DNA of 64,000 bases. It comes from Octopus vulgaris. Taxonomy: Eukaryota. The stretch spans positions 201,004,001-201,068,000 of the forward strand of contig OX597814.1 in assembly GCA_951406725.2 (NCBI GenBank), read 5' to 3'. Below the pieces are notes generated by a model. The model worked only from the letters and a program-made list of their open reading frames with translations. It had not been told where the DNA came from and did no database searches. The position numbers were made by a program, and so were the translations under genes. Shown one piece after another: positions 63,742 through 64,000 of the stretch (within the stretch, counting starts at the first letter, position 1; the number at the start of each line of letters is the position of its first letter).

Positions 63742-64000
63742 GTATTCGCATATCAGAGTGCATAGGCAGTAATTTATTATTTCAGATCTGGCCGTCACGT
63801 GAACAGTATGCTTCGGCTGAAGTGGTCTAATGAAAGAAACTGAAACGTGTTTAGAATTGTCAATGTGTCTGCCAAAGACCACATTGATTTGTTCCTCTCA
63901 CCACAGGCGAGTTACCAATTTTAATTTATTTCAGTGTAGCCAACTCAAGACCATTTATGTGATTAGAAATTGTCTTCCCTGCCTATCTTGGTTAGATTTA

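Overview
AT-rich, microsatellite-dense animal genomic DNA. The SINE families resemble those of octopod cephalopods, but this is inferred from pattern recognition and not verified. I found no credible host protein-coding gene, rRNA, true tRNA gene or CRISPR array, and nearly all ORFs in the track are translations of microsatellites or SINEs. The window is dominated by transposon remnants. There are three abundant tRNA-derived SINE groups (my labels A, B and C) and decayed LINEs of the RTE, CR1-group, R4/Dong and HERO-like types. There is also a Ty3/Gypsy pol relic, a mariner end, a hAT-Charlie-like MITE, a GG-terminal MITE carrying telomeric repeats, and two non-autonomous Helitrons. The most interesting signals are: (i) SINE C occurs as 2- to 6-unit concatemers bracketed by single target-site duplications (TSDs); (ii) several long fold-back palindromes have GCCAT at their apex, and two of them lie next to hammerhead-ribozyme-like motifs, suggesting Penelope-like/retrozyme mobilisation, in one case of a tRNA-headed element; (iii) SINE heads are combined with different LINE-derived tails; (iv) local templated rearrangements. 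All alignments and translations were done by eye, and the boundaries of decayed elements are approximate.
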